Positions 1 to 8,794 of a DNA stretch of 41,407 nt are shown here, piece after piece. Origin of the DNA: a virus. A model generated the notes under the pieces. It was not told the origin of the DNA. It saw only the letters and a list, made by a program, of their open reading frames with translations, and made no database searches. Within the stretch, counting starts at the first letter, position 1. The number at the start of each line of letters is the position of its first letter. The position numbers and the translations under genes are program-made. The stretch lies in the IMG/VR virus record IMGVR_UViG_3300048074_000118, one strand, 5' to 3'.

Positions 1-127
1 TATCCGCGTGCGTCGGCATCCGATGATTGTCTGTCGTGTTGGACCAGCGATAGGACGTGCTCTCCAGGGTCGGCGGAGCTTCGGTCAGAGCCAGGGAAGC
101 ACCCAGGGCCAACGGATAGGGCCACTG
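1..127. repeat. Terminal direct repeat, left copy (identical to 41281..41407)
   Basis: Base-by-base comparison of 1-127 with 41281-41407 shows 127/127 identity. Confidence 0.97.
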
Positions 128-1216
128 TTCGGGAGAGAAGTAGGGGTCCAGGAGTCCCAGGTAGGCCATCTCGTATTGCGTGTTGATCTTCGCGATCACG
201 ATCGCGCGCCGACCGTCCGCAATGAACCAGTATGGGATGGTCTCCTTCCACAGAGGCAGCCACTTCTTCCCCTGGTACCCTGGCTGGAGCATCATGTGAG
301 ACGACGCCACGAACCCATCGAAACCGCAGATCTCCCAGTCCGCATAGTCGGCGTCGCTGCGCTCGATAGTTCTTACCCCGGTGTAGATCTCGCTGTCGCC
401 GTCATTCCCCGGCGCGCTCCAGACCATTTGCCCTGCTGCTGCGTCAACTCCGTCGGCCCGCAATAAGCGAAATATTCCAAGCATGATGTTAGTCGAGGCC
501 TCGGTCGCAGTGATGTGAAGGCGATAGCGGGTCGCGGCGACGGGAGAGTCGACGTTGAAGGTGTAGACTACCCCCGTCGTCCCATTCAAGCCCGTGACGC
601 TGTCGAGCGTGACCCAGGCTGATCCGTTCCAGTAGTCGAAAGTGAAGTCCTGCGGGGAGTACCAGTTCACGAACTCACCGAGCTGATACTGGACGATCGT
701 CTCTTCCTGGTAGAGCGTGATTTCGATGTCCTGTGGGAGAGTGATCGGGCTGCTGACTTGCCAATAATTGTTCGTGTCTCCATTCAGTTTGCCGTCGACG
801 AGGTTCTGTGCAGCCCTGGTGCCAGTGTTCACCTGAGTGGCTAGGACGACGGACCCGAGGCTCCGCCGCAGGGTCGTCCACTTCGGCGCGGTCGAGAGCG
901 TGAACTCATCCCCCGAGACAAAGGGGGTAGCCCCCGCGGTGATCAAGAACTCCAGGGCCGCTGCGGCGAACGGCGTCCCAACAGTCGCCGGACCAATAGA
1001 TCCAGACGCCGACCCCACCACGTCGAACGAGGTGGCTGACGTCGCCGTGATCGTGAACGTCTCCGCTACTGACAGCGCCCCCCCGCTGTAGGCCGTCAAT
1101 GTCCCGTTGCCCGTCCCGGCATACGCCAACCCGTAGGCACTTCCCTTCGCCGTGAGGAACGTATCCAGGCGGTCGAGCAGGTCGATGAAGTCGGTGGCGG
1201 TGCCTGTCGCGAACAT
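1..1216 (-). CDS. Tail fibre/receptor-binding-like protein with discoidin (F5/8 type C)-like domain, N-terminal ~405 codons; continues at 41280..40901 (531 aa in total)
   Basis: ATG at 1216..1214 lies 2 nt after the tape-measure TAG. I checked every in-frame triplet from 1216 down to position 2 and found no stop. The frame is in phase with ORF 40901..41392. Segment 'NYWQVSSPITLPQDIEITLYQEETIVQYQL...FTFDYWNGSAWVTL...ATRYRLHITA' looks like a galactose-binding/discoidin fold. Confidence 0.8.
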   Translation of the reverse strand, partial: MFATGTATDFIDLLDRLDTFLTAKGSAYGLAYAGTGNGTLTAYSGGALSVAETFTITATSATSFDVVGSASGSIGPATVGTPFAAAALEFLITAGATPFVSGDEFTLSTAPKWTTLRRSLGSVVLATQVNTGTRAAQNLVDGKLNGDTNNYWQVSSPITLPQDIEITLYQEETIVQYQLGEFVNWYSPQDFTFDYWNGSAWVTLDSVTGLNGTTGVVYTFNVDSPVAATRYRLHITATEASTNIMLGIFRLLRADGVDAAAGQMVWSAPGNDGDSEIYTGVRTIERSDADYADWEICGFDGFVASSHMMLQPGYQGKKWLPLWKETIPYWFIADGRRAIVIAKINTQYEMAYLGLLDPYFSPEQWPYPLALGASLALTEAPPTLESTSYRWSNTTDNHRMPTHAD

Positions 1217-1218
1217 CG

Positions 1219-3774
1219 CTAACGCCCCAGGGCCGCGTTGTAGGCGCGGCGGTTACGGGCAGCGGTCTTGATCTGCATCCTCTGCCCGGCGGGAGATTCG
1301 AGGTACCGACCGATCAGCCCCTCCGACAGCTCCACGGTGAGCGTCCCCTGGAACGGCTCAGCCCCTCCAGAGGCCGAGGCATCCGCGGCGACGAGTCCCC
1401 CGCCGGCGAAGCGTGGGACCGGAGGAGACATCAGCTCGGGGGTGTACATGAGCGGCCGCGCGCCGTTGCGGTTGATCGCCTCGAGGTACCTGAGCACCCC
1501 CGGCTGTGCGACGGCTGCCGCGCGGACGATGTACTCGCCGCGGGATACGAGAGCGAGATTGGAGTCGGAGGTCCCGGTCCCACGGCCGCCAAGGAGACCA
1601 CCGTCCGCCTTCTTCGCGATCTCGACCTTACCGCCCCCTGAGAAGGCGCCAAGGATGGCCTTCATGGTCTGCGCGGCCAGGGCCTGGGAGGCGAGCCGCC
1701 TGAGATCGGCCGCAACCGATGCGATCGCCCCGCGCACACCGGCCTCCCAGTTCTTCGCGCTCTGAAGACCCTTGTCGAAGAAGTCGGCGAGCGCCGACTC
1801 GGAGGAGTCGATCGCTGTGCTCTTGAGCTGAGACAGGAAGTCGGTCGCCCCCCGGGCGGAGACGCCGATGTCACGGATCGCATCCGCGAACTCCTGCGCC
1901 TGGGCGATGGCTTCCGGATTCCCTGCCGCCTTGGCCGCCGCGAGAAGGGCGTCCGCCAACTGGCCGAGGGTGGCCAGTCGGCCCTGCTCAAGGGCCAGGA
2001 TCTGCTGCTCGGCCTCGAACTGGGAGATGAGGCCCGCATCAGCGCGCCCTTGGATCTCCGCGCGGGCAGCGGCAAGCTCGGCCAGCCCGGCCTCCGCCTG
2101 GCGCACGGCCTCGTCGAAGTCGGCCCGGCTCTCGAGCGTGCGGCGCAACGTCTGCAGCGCGGCCTCGGCGCTCTCATCCAACCCGCCCTTGCTCTGCAGC
2201 GCCTCCCGCTTCGCATCGATCTCTTGCTGGATCGCGAGCATGGCGGCCGCGTGAGTGCGCCCCTGAGCCTCGAGGATCTGCTGCTCGATCCCCAGGCGCT
2301 CCTTCGCCAGCTCCCGGACGGCGCGCGTCTCCTCGAGCTGCATCGTGGCCACATCGTTCTGCTGCTCGAGGCGGATCTTCGCGATCTCGGCGTCGATCTG
2401 CGCCTGCTCACTCGCCGCCTTCTCGGCGTCCGGTTCGGCCGACAGAAGGGCGCGCTTCTTCAGGAGAAGGACGACTTCCTGGTTAGCTGCGGCCGCGGCG
2501 ATCTCCTGCCGGCGGCGGTAGTACTCGTGGATGTCGGTGAGTCCCTGCTCGAGGCCGCGTTTCTCAGCGTCGTTTCGCAGCTTGGCCTGGGTGCGCACCA
2601 TCTGCAGTTCGGTGTCGAGAACGGCGCGCGCGGCGGCGGCGCGGCGGCGAACCAACTCGGCGGGATCCGGAGGCTCATCAGGAGCCTTTGTGGGTGACGG
2701 CGCAGCGGCCTCTTCCGGCTTGCGCTTGAGCAGCTCGTCTCGTTTCAGCTCTCGCTCTCGGTATGCCGCATCGAGCTTGTTAGCCTCTTCCAAGGCGGAC
2801 TTCATGATCTGGTCCGCCTCGCCGGTCTTGAACGGGCCCTTGGCGACGCCCCGGAAGAATCCGGAGACGACGATCCACGCCCCCTGGAACCCGGTCTTGA
2901 CCGCGTCCACGAATCCCTCGATCGCGACGGTCGCCGCGTTCACAAATCGACCTACGTTTTCACCCCAACGCCTCCAGGTCTTGGCGGACTCACCGACGCC
3001 CCCGCTCAGGTAGTCCCCGAGGTTCTCGAACTGGGGCCCGAAGCCAGCGGCAAACTCGATCGCGAGGTTGCGGAATTGGAGTTTCAGCTGGTCGTAGGTA
3101 TCGCCGAGCTTCTGAGCCGACGCCACCATTTCGTCGTCGATGACAAGGTTCAGCTCCCGGGCCCTGGTGACAAGGGCAGCAAGGCCTTTCGTTCCAAGCT
3201 CGTCGAGCATAGGGATGAGGCGTGCTCCGGACCGGCCCAAGAGGTCGAGCGCAGCACGAGTCTTGGTTGCACCGGCAGGCATCGCGGCAAGGCGGCGCGC
3301 TACGAGTTCCAAGGATTCGGCCGCGTCCTTGCCCTGGAGATCCTCGATCTCGATGCCGAGATCCCGGAAGGTCTGGATCGCTGCGGGGTTTCCCTCGACG
3401 AGCTCGGCGCGCCGACGATTGAAGATCACCAGGCCGCGAGAGAGCTCCGCCATGCCGATGCCGGTCTGACTCGCCCCATAGGCCAGCGCGGACAGGTGCT
3501 CCGTCGTGGCCCCCACCTCCATCGCCAGATTCCCCATCTCCTCGGCTGCATCGGAGGAGCCGCGGATGAAGTTGGCGAAGGAGCGGACGGAGAGAGCGAC
3601 GCCCACGCCAGCGAGTAGCCGCTGGGTGTTGCCCAGAACGCCGTTGAGTCCCTTGAACGCCCCGGCCTGCTTCGCCGAGGCCTTCGCGGACTCGTCCTGG
3701 ATCTTCTTGAGGGCCCCGACGACCTCGGCGACGCCTTCCGCTGATAGTCGGACGCGGACATCAGGTGTCGTCAC
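1219..3774 (-). CDS. Tail tape measure protein (851 aa, GTG start)
   Basis: N-terminal core typical of phage TMPs ('GMAELSRGLVIF...AIQTFRDLGIEIEDLQGKDAAESLELVARRLAAMPAGATKTRAALDLLGRSGARLIPMLDELG'), a long Ala/Glu/Arg coiled-coil middle, and a position after the G/GT chaperones. Confidence 0.92.
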   Translation of the reverse strand: MTTPDVRVRLSAEGVAEVVGALKKIQDESAKASAKQAGAFKGLNGVLGNTQRLLAGVGVALSVRSFANFIRGSSDAAEEMGNLAMEVGATTEHLSALAYGASQTGIGMAELSRGLVIFNRRRAELVEGNPAAIQTFRDLGIEIEDLQGKDAAESLELVARRLAAMPAGATKTRAALDLLGRSGARLIPMLDELGTKGLAALVTRARELNLVIDDEMVASAQKLGDTYDQLKLQFRNLAIEFAAGFGPQFENLGDYLSGGVGESAKTWRRWGENVGRFVNAATVAIEGFVDAVKTGFQGAWIVVSGFFRGVAKGPFKTGEADQIMKSALEEANKLDAAYRERELKRDELLKRKPEEAAAPSPTKAPDEPPDPAELVRRRAAAARAVLDTELQMVRTQAKLRNDAEKRGLEQGLTDIHEYYRRRQEIAAAAANQEVVLLLKKRALLSAEPDAEKAASEQAQIDAEIAKIRLEQQNDVATMQLEETRAVRELAKERLGIEQQILEAQGRTHAAAMLAIQQEIDAKREALQSKGGLDESAEAALQTLRRTLESRADFDEAVRQAEAGLAELAAARAEIQGRADAGLISQFEAEQQILALEQGRLATLGQLADALLAAAKAAGNPEAIAQAQEFADAIRDIGVSARGATDFLSQLKSTAIDSSESALADFFDKGLQSAKNWEAGVRGAIASVAADLRRLASQALAAQTMKAILGAFSGGGKVEIAKKADGGLLGGRGTGTSDSNLALVSRGEYIVRAAAVAQPGVLRYLEAINRNGARPLMYTPELMSPPVPRFAGGGLVAADASASGGAEPFQGTLTVELSEGLIGRYLESPAGQRMQIKTAARNRRAYNAALGR

Positions 3775-4461
3775 GGCGTTCCTTCCTCAAGATGGCGGGA
3801 AGAGCCGGTGGCTTGGGGCGCTGAGCCTTCGCCGCGTGCGGAGCCACGATGGTCCAGAGGAGCAACTGGTGGCGGTAGTCCTCGAGGGCCATGGCCTTCA
3901 CGTGTCTCCGGTAGGCGCGCAGCGCTTCTCTGAGTGGCCACCGGAGGACCCGCTGCGCGCGATCGTGGTCTCCGCCGGCGAGCTCCGCGACAAGCTCATC
4001 CCAGGCCCCGTAGCGGCGTGGGCCTACACGTTCGCGGGATGAGCCCCTTCTTCGGAGGACGTCGCGGAAGTCCCCGAGGAGCGCATCCCGAAGGGAAAAA
4101 ACTCGATCAAGAGGGAGAGGACGAGGCTGCGGATCTGCGCCTTGTCCTCCGGAGAACGCAAGGAGCCGAAGTGGCGGACGGTTTCCTGGGCGAGATCCGG
4201 CGTCCAGGTCTCCCCCGGCTCCTTGTCCCCCGCGTCGACGGGTTCGGGAACGAGCAGGCAGGCGAGCAGGTCGAGGACATGCTCGCTGACCAGCAGCTGC
4301 CGCAGGAGGCGGTCTGCGTAGGTGTCCGGCGCTTCCCCTTGCTCCATGCGGAAGTCGTTGAGGCCGGCCCGCTCGCAGAGGGCGTCGAAGCGCAGGTCGT
4401 GCTCGACCGTGCTCTCGCCGATGGCGACGAAAGCACGGCCGCCGAGAACGTGTCCGCTCAT
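3761..4461 (-). CDS. Tail assembly chaperone G-T fusion made by a -1 programmed frameshift
   Basis: After 'GAG TTT TTT CCC', the -1 frame reads '...SLRDALLGDFRDVLRRRGSS...AILRKERRDDT' and ends at 3761, overlapping the TMP start. This is the canonical siphovirus G/GT layout. Confidence 0.65.
4024..4461 (-). CDS. Tail assembly chaperone (G-like, 145 aa)
   Basis: Acidic small protein between the major tail protein and the TMP. ATGA overlap with the major tail gene stop. Contains the slippery site near its 3' end. Confidence 0.75.
   Translation of the reverse strand: MSGHVLGGRAFVAIGESTVEHDLRFDALCERAGLNDFRMEQGEAPDTYADRLLRQLLVSEHVLDLLACLLVPEPVDAGDKEPGETWTPDLAQETVRHFGSLRSPEDKAQIRSLVLSLLIEFFPFGMRSSGTSATSSEEGAHPANV
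4093..4102 (-). promoter_or_regulatory. -1 ribosomal frameshift slippery run (minus strand G TTT TTT CCC)
   Basis: Plus strand 'gggaaaaaac' at 4093-4102. The shifted frame stays open for about 110 codons. Confidence 0.6.
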
Positions 4462-5222
4462 CGCCGGATGATCCGGTAGTGAGGCTCGGTCGGATGGGTG
4501 TCGGCATCCGACTCGACCTTGCCCGTGAGCTGGAAGTTGGCGTAGTTGTCGCTGATGAGACCCACCGCGCTCTCCCCGGAGAGGGCCGCGCGCCAGACCA
4601 GCAGCGAGTGCTCGGGGCTGTCCGGGTTGTCGGAGACGTAGCGGAGAAGCGCCTTGATGCTGGAGGCCACCACGCCGCGGACCGCCGTCTTCGACTGCGT
4701 CTCGTAGGCGTAGTCGACAAGGATCTCCGCGTCGTCCGCGATCGCGCCACCGGGCACGATGTAGATCCGGCCCTCGACCGCGTCGACCGTGTAGTCGTCG
4801 GTGACGTCATAGGTCGTCCCGGCCGGATCCGAGGTCACCACCACCGACGAGATGCCCCGGTACGCGAGCCGGACGTAGCTGCCCTGCTGCACGTTGGCGT
4901 GCGCTTCGTCCGTGACCGACGCGCCGGTCTGGGTGTAGAGGCCCGCCTCCCCGAAGAGGGCCAGCGCGAGGTTCTCCGCGTTGAACTCGTCGAGGGTGAT
5001 GGAGATGTCGAGGTCGGCCGCGGTCACATCGGACCGCAACACCGCCCGAGCCGAATCGACGCTGGATCGCTTCTCGATGCGCTGCGTCGACGGCTTGATC
5101 TCGAACGCCGTGCAGTTGCCGACGAAGCGCTCGTTGCCGGATGCGGCGCCGCTGACGAAGCGATCGATGTAGAGGCGCCCACTTCCGAGAAGGACGTCAT
5201 TTGCCACAGGTTCGGTTGCCAT
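4458..5222 (-). CDS. Major tail (tube) protein (254 aa)
   Basis: Sits directly upstream of G/GT/TMP. AGGAG RBS. Sequence style of siphovirus tube proteins ('LLGSGRLYIDRF...'). Confidence 0.75.
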   Translation of the reverse strand: MATEPVANDVLLGSGRLYIDRFVSGAASGNERFVGNCTAFEIKPSTQRIEKRSSVDSARAVLRSDVTAADLDISITLDEFNAENLALALFGEAGLYTQTGASVTDEAHANVQQGSYVRLAYRGISSVVVTSDPAGTTYDVTDDYTVDAVEGRIYIVPGGAIADDAEILVDYAYETQSKTAVRGVVASSIKALLRYVSDNPDSPEHSLLVWRAALSGESAVGLISDNYANFQLTGKVESDADTHPTEPHYRIIRR

Positions 5223-5231
5223 CGTCTGCTC

Positions 5232-5711
5232 CTATGTCTTTCGCGACGGGTCATCCGCGCGTGTCTGGAACTGGTACTCGAAGGTCAGGGTCGCTCTGCA
5301 GTAATCGCAGTCGCTCTGGGCGTATTCGAATGCGAGCCCGGTACGATCCGGGGCTCGCTTGGCGAGGTTGGTCAGACTGCCGGCGGCGGCGAGGGCTCTG
5401 GCTGCCCACTCGATGCTCGGGTCCGCGGCGCTGTCCGCGGGGACGCTCGACGTCGCCTTGGTCAAGGTTTCGACCTTGATCACCACGGTGCTCTTGATCA
5501 CTGGGCCCCGGCTCGCCACCATCTGACCTTGGCGCGCCTCGGGGTGGATCGGCTCCGGCACTTCGCCTGCCTGGACGACCGTGTTGGCCGGAAGCTGAGC
5601 CGCGGTGGGGCTGTCGATCCTCGTGCGGATGAACACCGGGACGCCCGATGGACGGGCCGTGTTGAGCGCTAGGACGGCAGCGGTGACGATCTGCTCGCGG
5701 ATCGTGCTCAT
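5232..5711 (-). CDS. Tail terminator/tail completion-like protein (159 aa)
   Basis: Called by position between the head-tail joining gene and the major tail protein. ATGA-coupled to the upstream gene. Confidence 0.5.
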   Translation of the reverse strand: MSTIREQIVTAAVLALNTARPSGVPVFIRTRIDSPTAAQLPANTVVQAGEVPEPIHPEARQGQMVASRGPVIKSTVVIKVETLTKATSSVPADSAADPSIEWAARALAAAGSLTNLAKRAPDRTGLAFEYAQSDCDYCRATLTFEYQFQTRADDPSRKT

Positions 5712-6013
5712 GGCTTCCTCAGCACAAGCCGCGTCATAGCCCCGTCTCCGTAAGGCATGGCCTCGCGAACGATCCAGGAGACTGCGTCGACGGTGATTGA
5801 GGACCCGGAAGTGATCGCTGTCAGCACTCCGGTCTGGACGTGCACCGACTCTTCGCCGGCGACAACCGGCGGTGTGTCACCGCCGAAGATCTCTGTCGCC
5901 TCAGAGTCCCGCAGCCCGGTAGTGGATAGGCTCCCGAAGACTACGTCGACCGTAGCCCCGAGCGCCTTGAGATCGGCCAGGATTGCGGGAATGTCATCAC
6001 CACCGAGAACCAT
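5708..6013 (-). CDS. Head-tail joining/stopper-like protein (101 aa)
   Basis: Size and position in the neck module. No diagnostic motif recognised. Confidence 0.45.
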   Translation of the reverse strand: MVLGGDDIPAILADLKALGATVDVVFGSLSTTGLRDSEATEIFGGDTPPVVAGEESVHVQTGVLTAITSGSSITVDAVSWIVREAMPYGDGAMTRLVLRKP

Positions 6014-6016
6014 GGC

Positions 6017-6406
6017 TCAGGAGTACTTCTTGATGCCGATGAACTGGACGCCGTAGGGGAACGTCGGGGTGTCCGTTCCACCGAGGGTGCCGATCACCTT
6101 GATGTACTTCTTCACCGCGTTCATGTCGAGCGCCAGCGTCTGGACCCCGGCCACGGTCGTCACCTGCGTGAAGGCGGCCCCCGTGATGTCGGCGAAGGTG
6201 CCGTCCGAGGTTTCGCAGTGCTGGACCTTGACGTCAAGCGTCGGGTTCGTCCCGGCGGTCTTGGCGCCGGCGGTGAGCACGACGAGCGCGACCCCTTCGT
6301 AGGCGGTGACGTCGAAGGCGGTCCCGGTCAGGGTGGCGGTGCGAGAGAGCACCGCCTCGAGCTGGGTGAACACCGCGTGCGCGAGAGCGTTGATGAAAGC
6401 TGGCAC
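6017..6406 (-). CDS. Virion structural protein, beta-rich (129 aa); head decoration or neck candidate
   Basis: Strong AAGGAGG RBS and clean coding composition. Function is assigned by position only. Confidence 0.45.
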   Translation of the reverse strand: MPAFINALAHAVFTQLEAVLSRTATLTGTAFDVTAYEGVALVVLTAGAKTAGTNPTLDVKVQHCETSDGTFADITGAAFTQVTTVAGVQTLALDMNAVKKYIKVIGTLGGTDTPTFPYGVQFIGIKKYS

Positions 6407-6468
6407 GATCGTCCTCCTTGCGCTGTCCCCTGCCGGGCTTTACCGGCGGAGCAGCTGCCGTTCTCGAG

Positions 6469-6732
6469 CTACTTGCCGTCGCCCTTCGAGCCCTTGTCCG
6501 CACCCGCGCCGCCGGTCTTGCCGTCGCCGGCTTTCTTGGTCTCGGTGCCCTTGTTCTCCGCGGTGGTGGCCGGAACCTTCTCGATCACGGGCGTGACGAA
6601 CCCCTGGGCGATCTTGACCTTGGCCTCGCGCTCGGTGATGTCGAGACCGATGGTCAGAACCGTCCCGACCGCGAGATCAACGCCTCCGCCCTTGCAGTAG
6701 GCCGAAATCACCTTGACCTTGCTGAACTCCAT
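6469..6732 (-). CDS. Small structural-module protein with Lys/Gly-rich tail (87 aa)
   Basis: ATG at 6732 has a GGAGGGG RBS 6 nt upstream. The longer TTG start at 6747 is rejected. Confidence 0.55.
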   Translation of the reverse strand: MEFSKVKVISAYCKGGGVDLAVGTVLTIGLDITEREAKVKIAQGFVTPVIEKVPATTAENKGTETKKAGDGKTGGAGADKGSKGDGK

Positions 6733-6754
6733 CTGTTTCCCCTCCAACTCGTGA

Positions 6755-6794
6755 CCTCCCGAGAGGGCGGGAGGAGCCGAGTGCGCACCTCGGC
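6755..6794 (-). terminator. Two tandem GC-rich stem-loops just downstream of the capsid gene (attenuator/terminator candidate)
   Basis: CCTCCC(6755-6760)/GGGAGG(6769-6774) and GCCGAG(6776-6781)/CTCGGC(6789-6794). They lie 30 nt after the MCP stop at 6824. Confidence 0.4.
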
Positions 6795-6823
6795 CCCTCC
6801 CTCTTCGGGGGGTTTTGGTGTAC

Positions 6824-8794
6824 CTACGCGGCGATCTTGCAGCGGGTCCCCTTGGTGAAGCTCTGGGGGTGCCGCAGAATGACGTCGCCCATCTGGAAGC
6901 TGGCGATCCGAACCATGGCCCGGGCCATCAGCGTGAAGGGATCCACGGTGATCTCGGTGGCGTTCCAGAACCCGATGACCACGGTGTTCCAGTTGCCGTA
7001 GAGCAGTCCGTGCTCGTCGGCGCCGGTGCCAAGCACCTTCGAGACCTGGTTCGTCGCGGTGGCGCGGTAGCCGGCCACCTCGCCTTCCTCGAAGGTCCCC
7101 ATCCAGATCTTGGTGGAGCCGGCCGCCGAGAACTCCAGGGTCTTCTTGAAGACACCCGCCATCAGCGGGGTCGTCATGTAGCCCAGGGAACCCACATCGG
7201 CATCCTTGTCGGCGACCATGGCCTGCATGTCGACGAGATCGCCGTAGTCCGGAACGCCGTTGACATCCAGCACCTGCACGTCGGGGGCGACGTAGATGCC
7301 GGTCGGCTCGCCGTTGGTCCCGGTGCCGTGGACGGTGGCCCGGTCCATGCCGCGCGCGCCTGCGCCGCCGAGCTCCTGGCGGATCATCTCCTCGACGTCG
7401 ATAGAACTCTCGGCGAGCAGCTGCTTGCCGAAGATGCCCATCCCCATGATGGTGTGCGGGGAGAGCGTCACGAGTCCGGTCCCGATGTCCGAGTCGGGAA
7501 CGTCCTGTGTGGGGTTCTCGCCCACCCAGTACATCGTCATCCCCGAGACCTGCTTGGCGAACGGGATGGGGGCGGTGAGTCCGGTGAGGATCCGAGCCCC
7601 CATGCGCGCGACCATGGCGCGCGTGCGAAGCATCTCGATCAGCTCCCCGGGACGGTCCTGGACGAGCTCCGCGCCGGCGCCGGCGGTCTTGGTGTCGAGG
7701 GCCCGCTCCCGCTGCGGCAGCTGCGTCCGCATGGGGACGAGAATCCCTCCCCGAGACTGGTAGTTGACCGGGGCGTTCTTCAGGATCTCCTGGTGCACCT
7801 CGCCCTCGAGACCATCGAAGGCCTTCCCGCCGTGCTTGTGTTCCATCGAGAGCCTGAGCGCGCGGGCGTAGGAGTAGCGCCCCATGTCGGGGCCGCGGAC
7901 GGAGACTTCTTCGGCGCCGGGTTGCCCGTCTCCGACCGTCTTGCGGGCCTTGACGATCTCGTAGCCCACCTGCTGAGGCGTGAACCCCTGACGGATGAAC
8001 TCCGGCGCGCGGGCGCTGAGGCCGTTGCTCTCGCAGATGGAGAGGATCTCGGCCACCTCCTCGTTGCGGTTGCGCTCGGGGGCGGGCGCGGTGGGGCTCG
8101 TCACGGTTACCGACGCGGCGGGCTGGGCCGGGGGTGGCGTGGTTTCGACAGCGGTGCGGGCACCGGCGGGCTGGGGACTGGGCACCTCGGGCGGCATGGT
8201 TGACTCCTCCTGTGGGACGGCGGGGCCGTCCGTTTCGATCTCAACTTCGTACTCGCTCTGGTCTTCCCCTCGCATTTGGGGGCCGACGCTGATATCCGCC
8301 CCAAGCGGCAGAATCGTCACCTCGATGGGCATCCACTTCGTGGCGGTCCAGACATCCGGGGTGCCCGCCTCCCCCTTCGTGACCTTCGCCTTGAGCACCC
8401 GATAGCCAAGGGAGACCTGCTTGCGGATCTTGTCCTCGACGTCCCGCTTGGTGTCGGCGCCCTTCTGGCTCGCCGAATAGCGCACGTCGCCGACGAGCTT
8501 TCGGTTCTCGATGCGGGCGTTCTCGAAGATCCCGATGTGGACCCCGACATGCTTCTGCCCGTACTCGCCGATCAGGACGTCCTGGACCATGACCGGCAGG
8601 CCGCCCCGCATGAACTTCTTGTCGATCGAGTTCTCGTCGTGCTGGAGGATCTCCGTGCCAAACCAGAACTCGACCGGGGTCTCGCTCGAAACGCTGAACT
8701 TGTGCGGTGCAGGTGCCCCTTCACCCTCGGCCCTTTGGGCTTCGACGATCTCGACGTCTCGGTGGAGGATGGGTAGCTTTCGGATATCGGGCAT
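6824..8794 (-). CDS. Fused prohead protease (HK97 S78-like) / linker / HK97-fold major capsid protein (656 aa)
   Basis: N-terminal protease-like blocks ('QVSLGYRV', 'IEVTILPLGADISVG'), a Pro/Ala/Thr-rich linker, and C-terminal Phage_capsid-like blocks ('GGILVPMRT...', 'LIEMLRTRAMVARMGARILTGLTAPIPFAKQVSGMTMYWVGENP'). AAGGAGAA RBS. Confidence 0.85.
   Translation of the reverse strand: MPDIRKLPILHRDVEIVEAQRAEGEGAPAPHKFSVSSETPVEFWFGTEILQHDENSIDKKFMRGGLPVMVQDVLIGEYGQKHVGVHIGIFENARIENRKLVGDVRYSASQKGADTKRDVEDKIRKQVSLGYRVLKAKVTKGEAGTPDVWTATKWMPIEVTILPLGADISVGPQMRGEDQSEYEVEIETDGPAVPQEESTMPPEVPSPQPAGARTAVETTPPPAQPAASVTVTSPTAPAPERNRNEEVAEILSICESNGLSARAPEFIRQGFTPQQVGYEIVKARKTVGDGQPGAEEVSVRGPDMGRYSYARALRLSMEHKHGGKAFDGLEGEVHQEILKNAPVNYQSRGGILVPMRTQLPQRERALDTKTAGAGAELVQDRPGELIEMLRTRAMVARMGARILTGLTAPIPFAKQVSGMTMYWVGENPTQDVPDSDIGTGLVTLSPHTIMGMGIFGKQLLAESSIDVEEMIRQELGGAGARGMDRATVHGTGTNGEPTGIYVAPDVQVLDVNGVPDYGDLVDMQAMVADKDADVGSLGYMTTPLMAGVFKKTLEFSAAGSTKIWMGTFEEGEVAGYRATATNQVSKVLGTGADEHGLLYGNWNTVVIGFWNATEITVDPFTLMARAMVRIASFQMGDVILRHPQSFTKGTRCKIAA

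Noticed and set aside
8-1091. Plus-strand ORFs 8..466 and 837..1091, and minus ORF 675..881
   Set aside because: All lie inside the uninterrupted minus-strand frame of the wrap-around tail gene and have a shadow-ORF composition.
3761-4810. 349-aa minus-strand ORF spanning the major tail and chaperone genes
   Set aside because: It is Arg/Pro/Ser/Thr-rich and low in complexity, and it lies out of frame over two well-supported genes. Only its last ~110 codons make sense, as the T part of the G-T frameshift product.
4479-5672. 397-aa plus-strand ORF antisense to the major tail and terminator genes
   Set aside because: This is a typical GC-rich shadow ORF (Arg/Gly/Asp/Val-rich). It has no RBS and is fully antisense to genes with structural context.
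6815-8203. 462-aa plus-strand ORF antisense to the capsid gene
   Set aside because: The capsid/protease frame carries recognisable family motifs. The antisense product is Gly/Arg/His-rich with no motifs.
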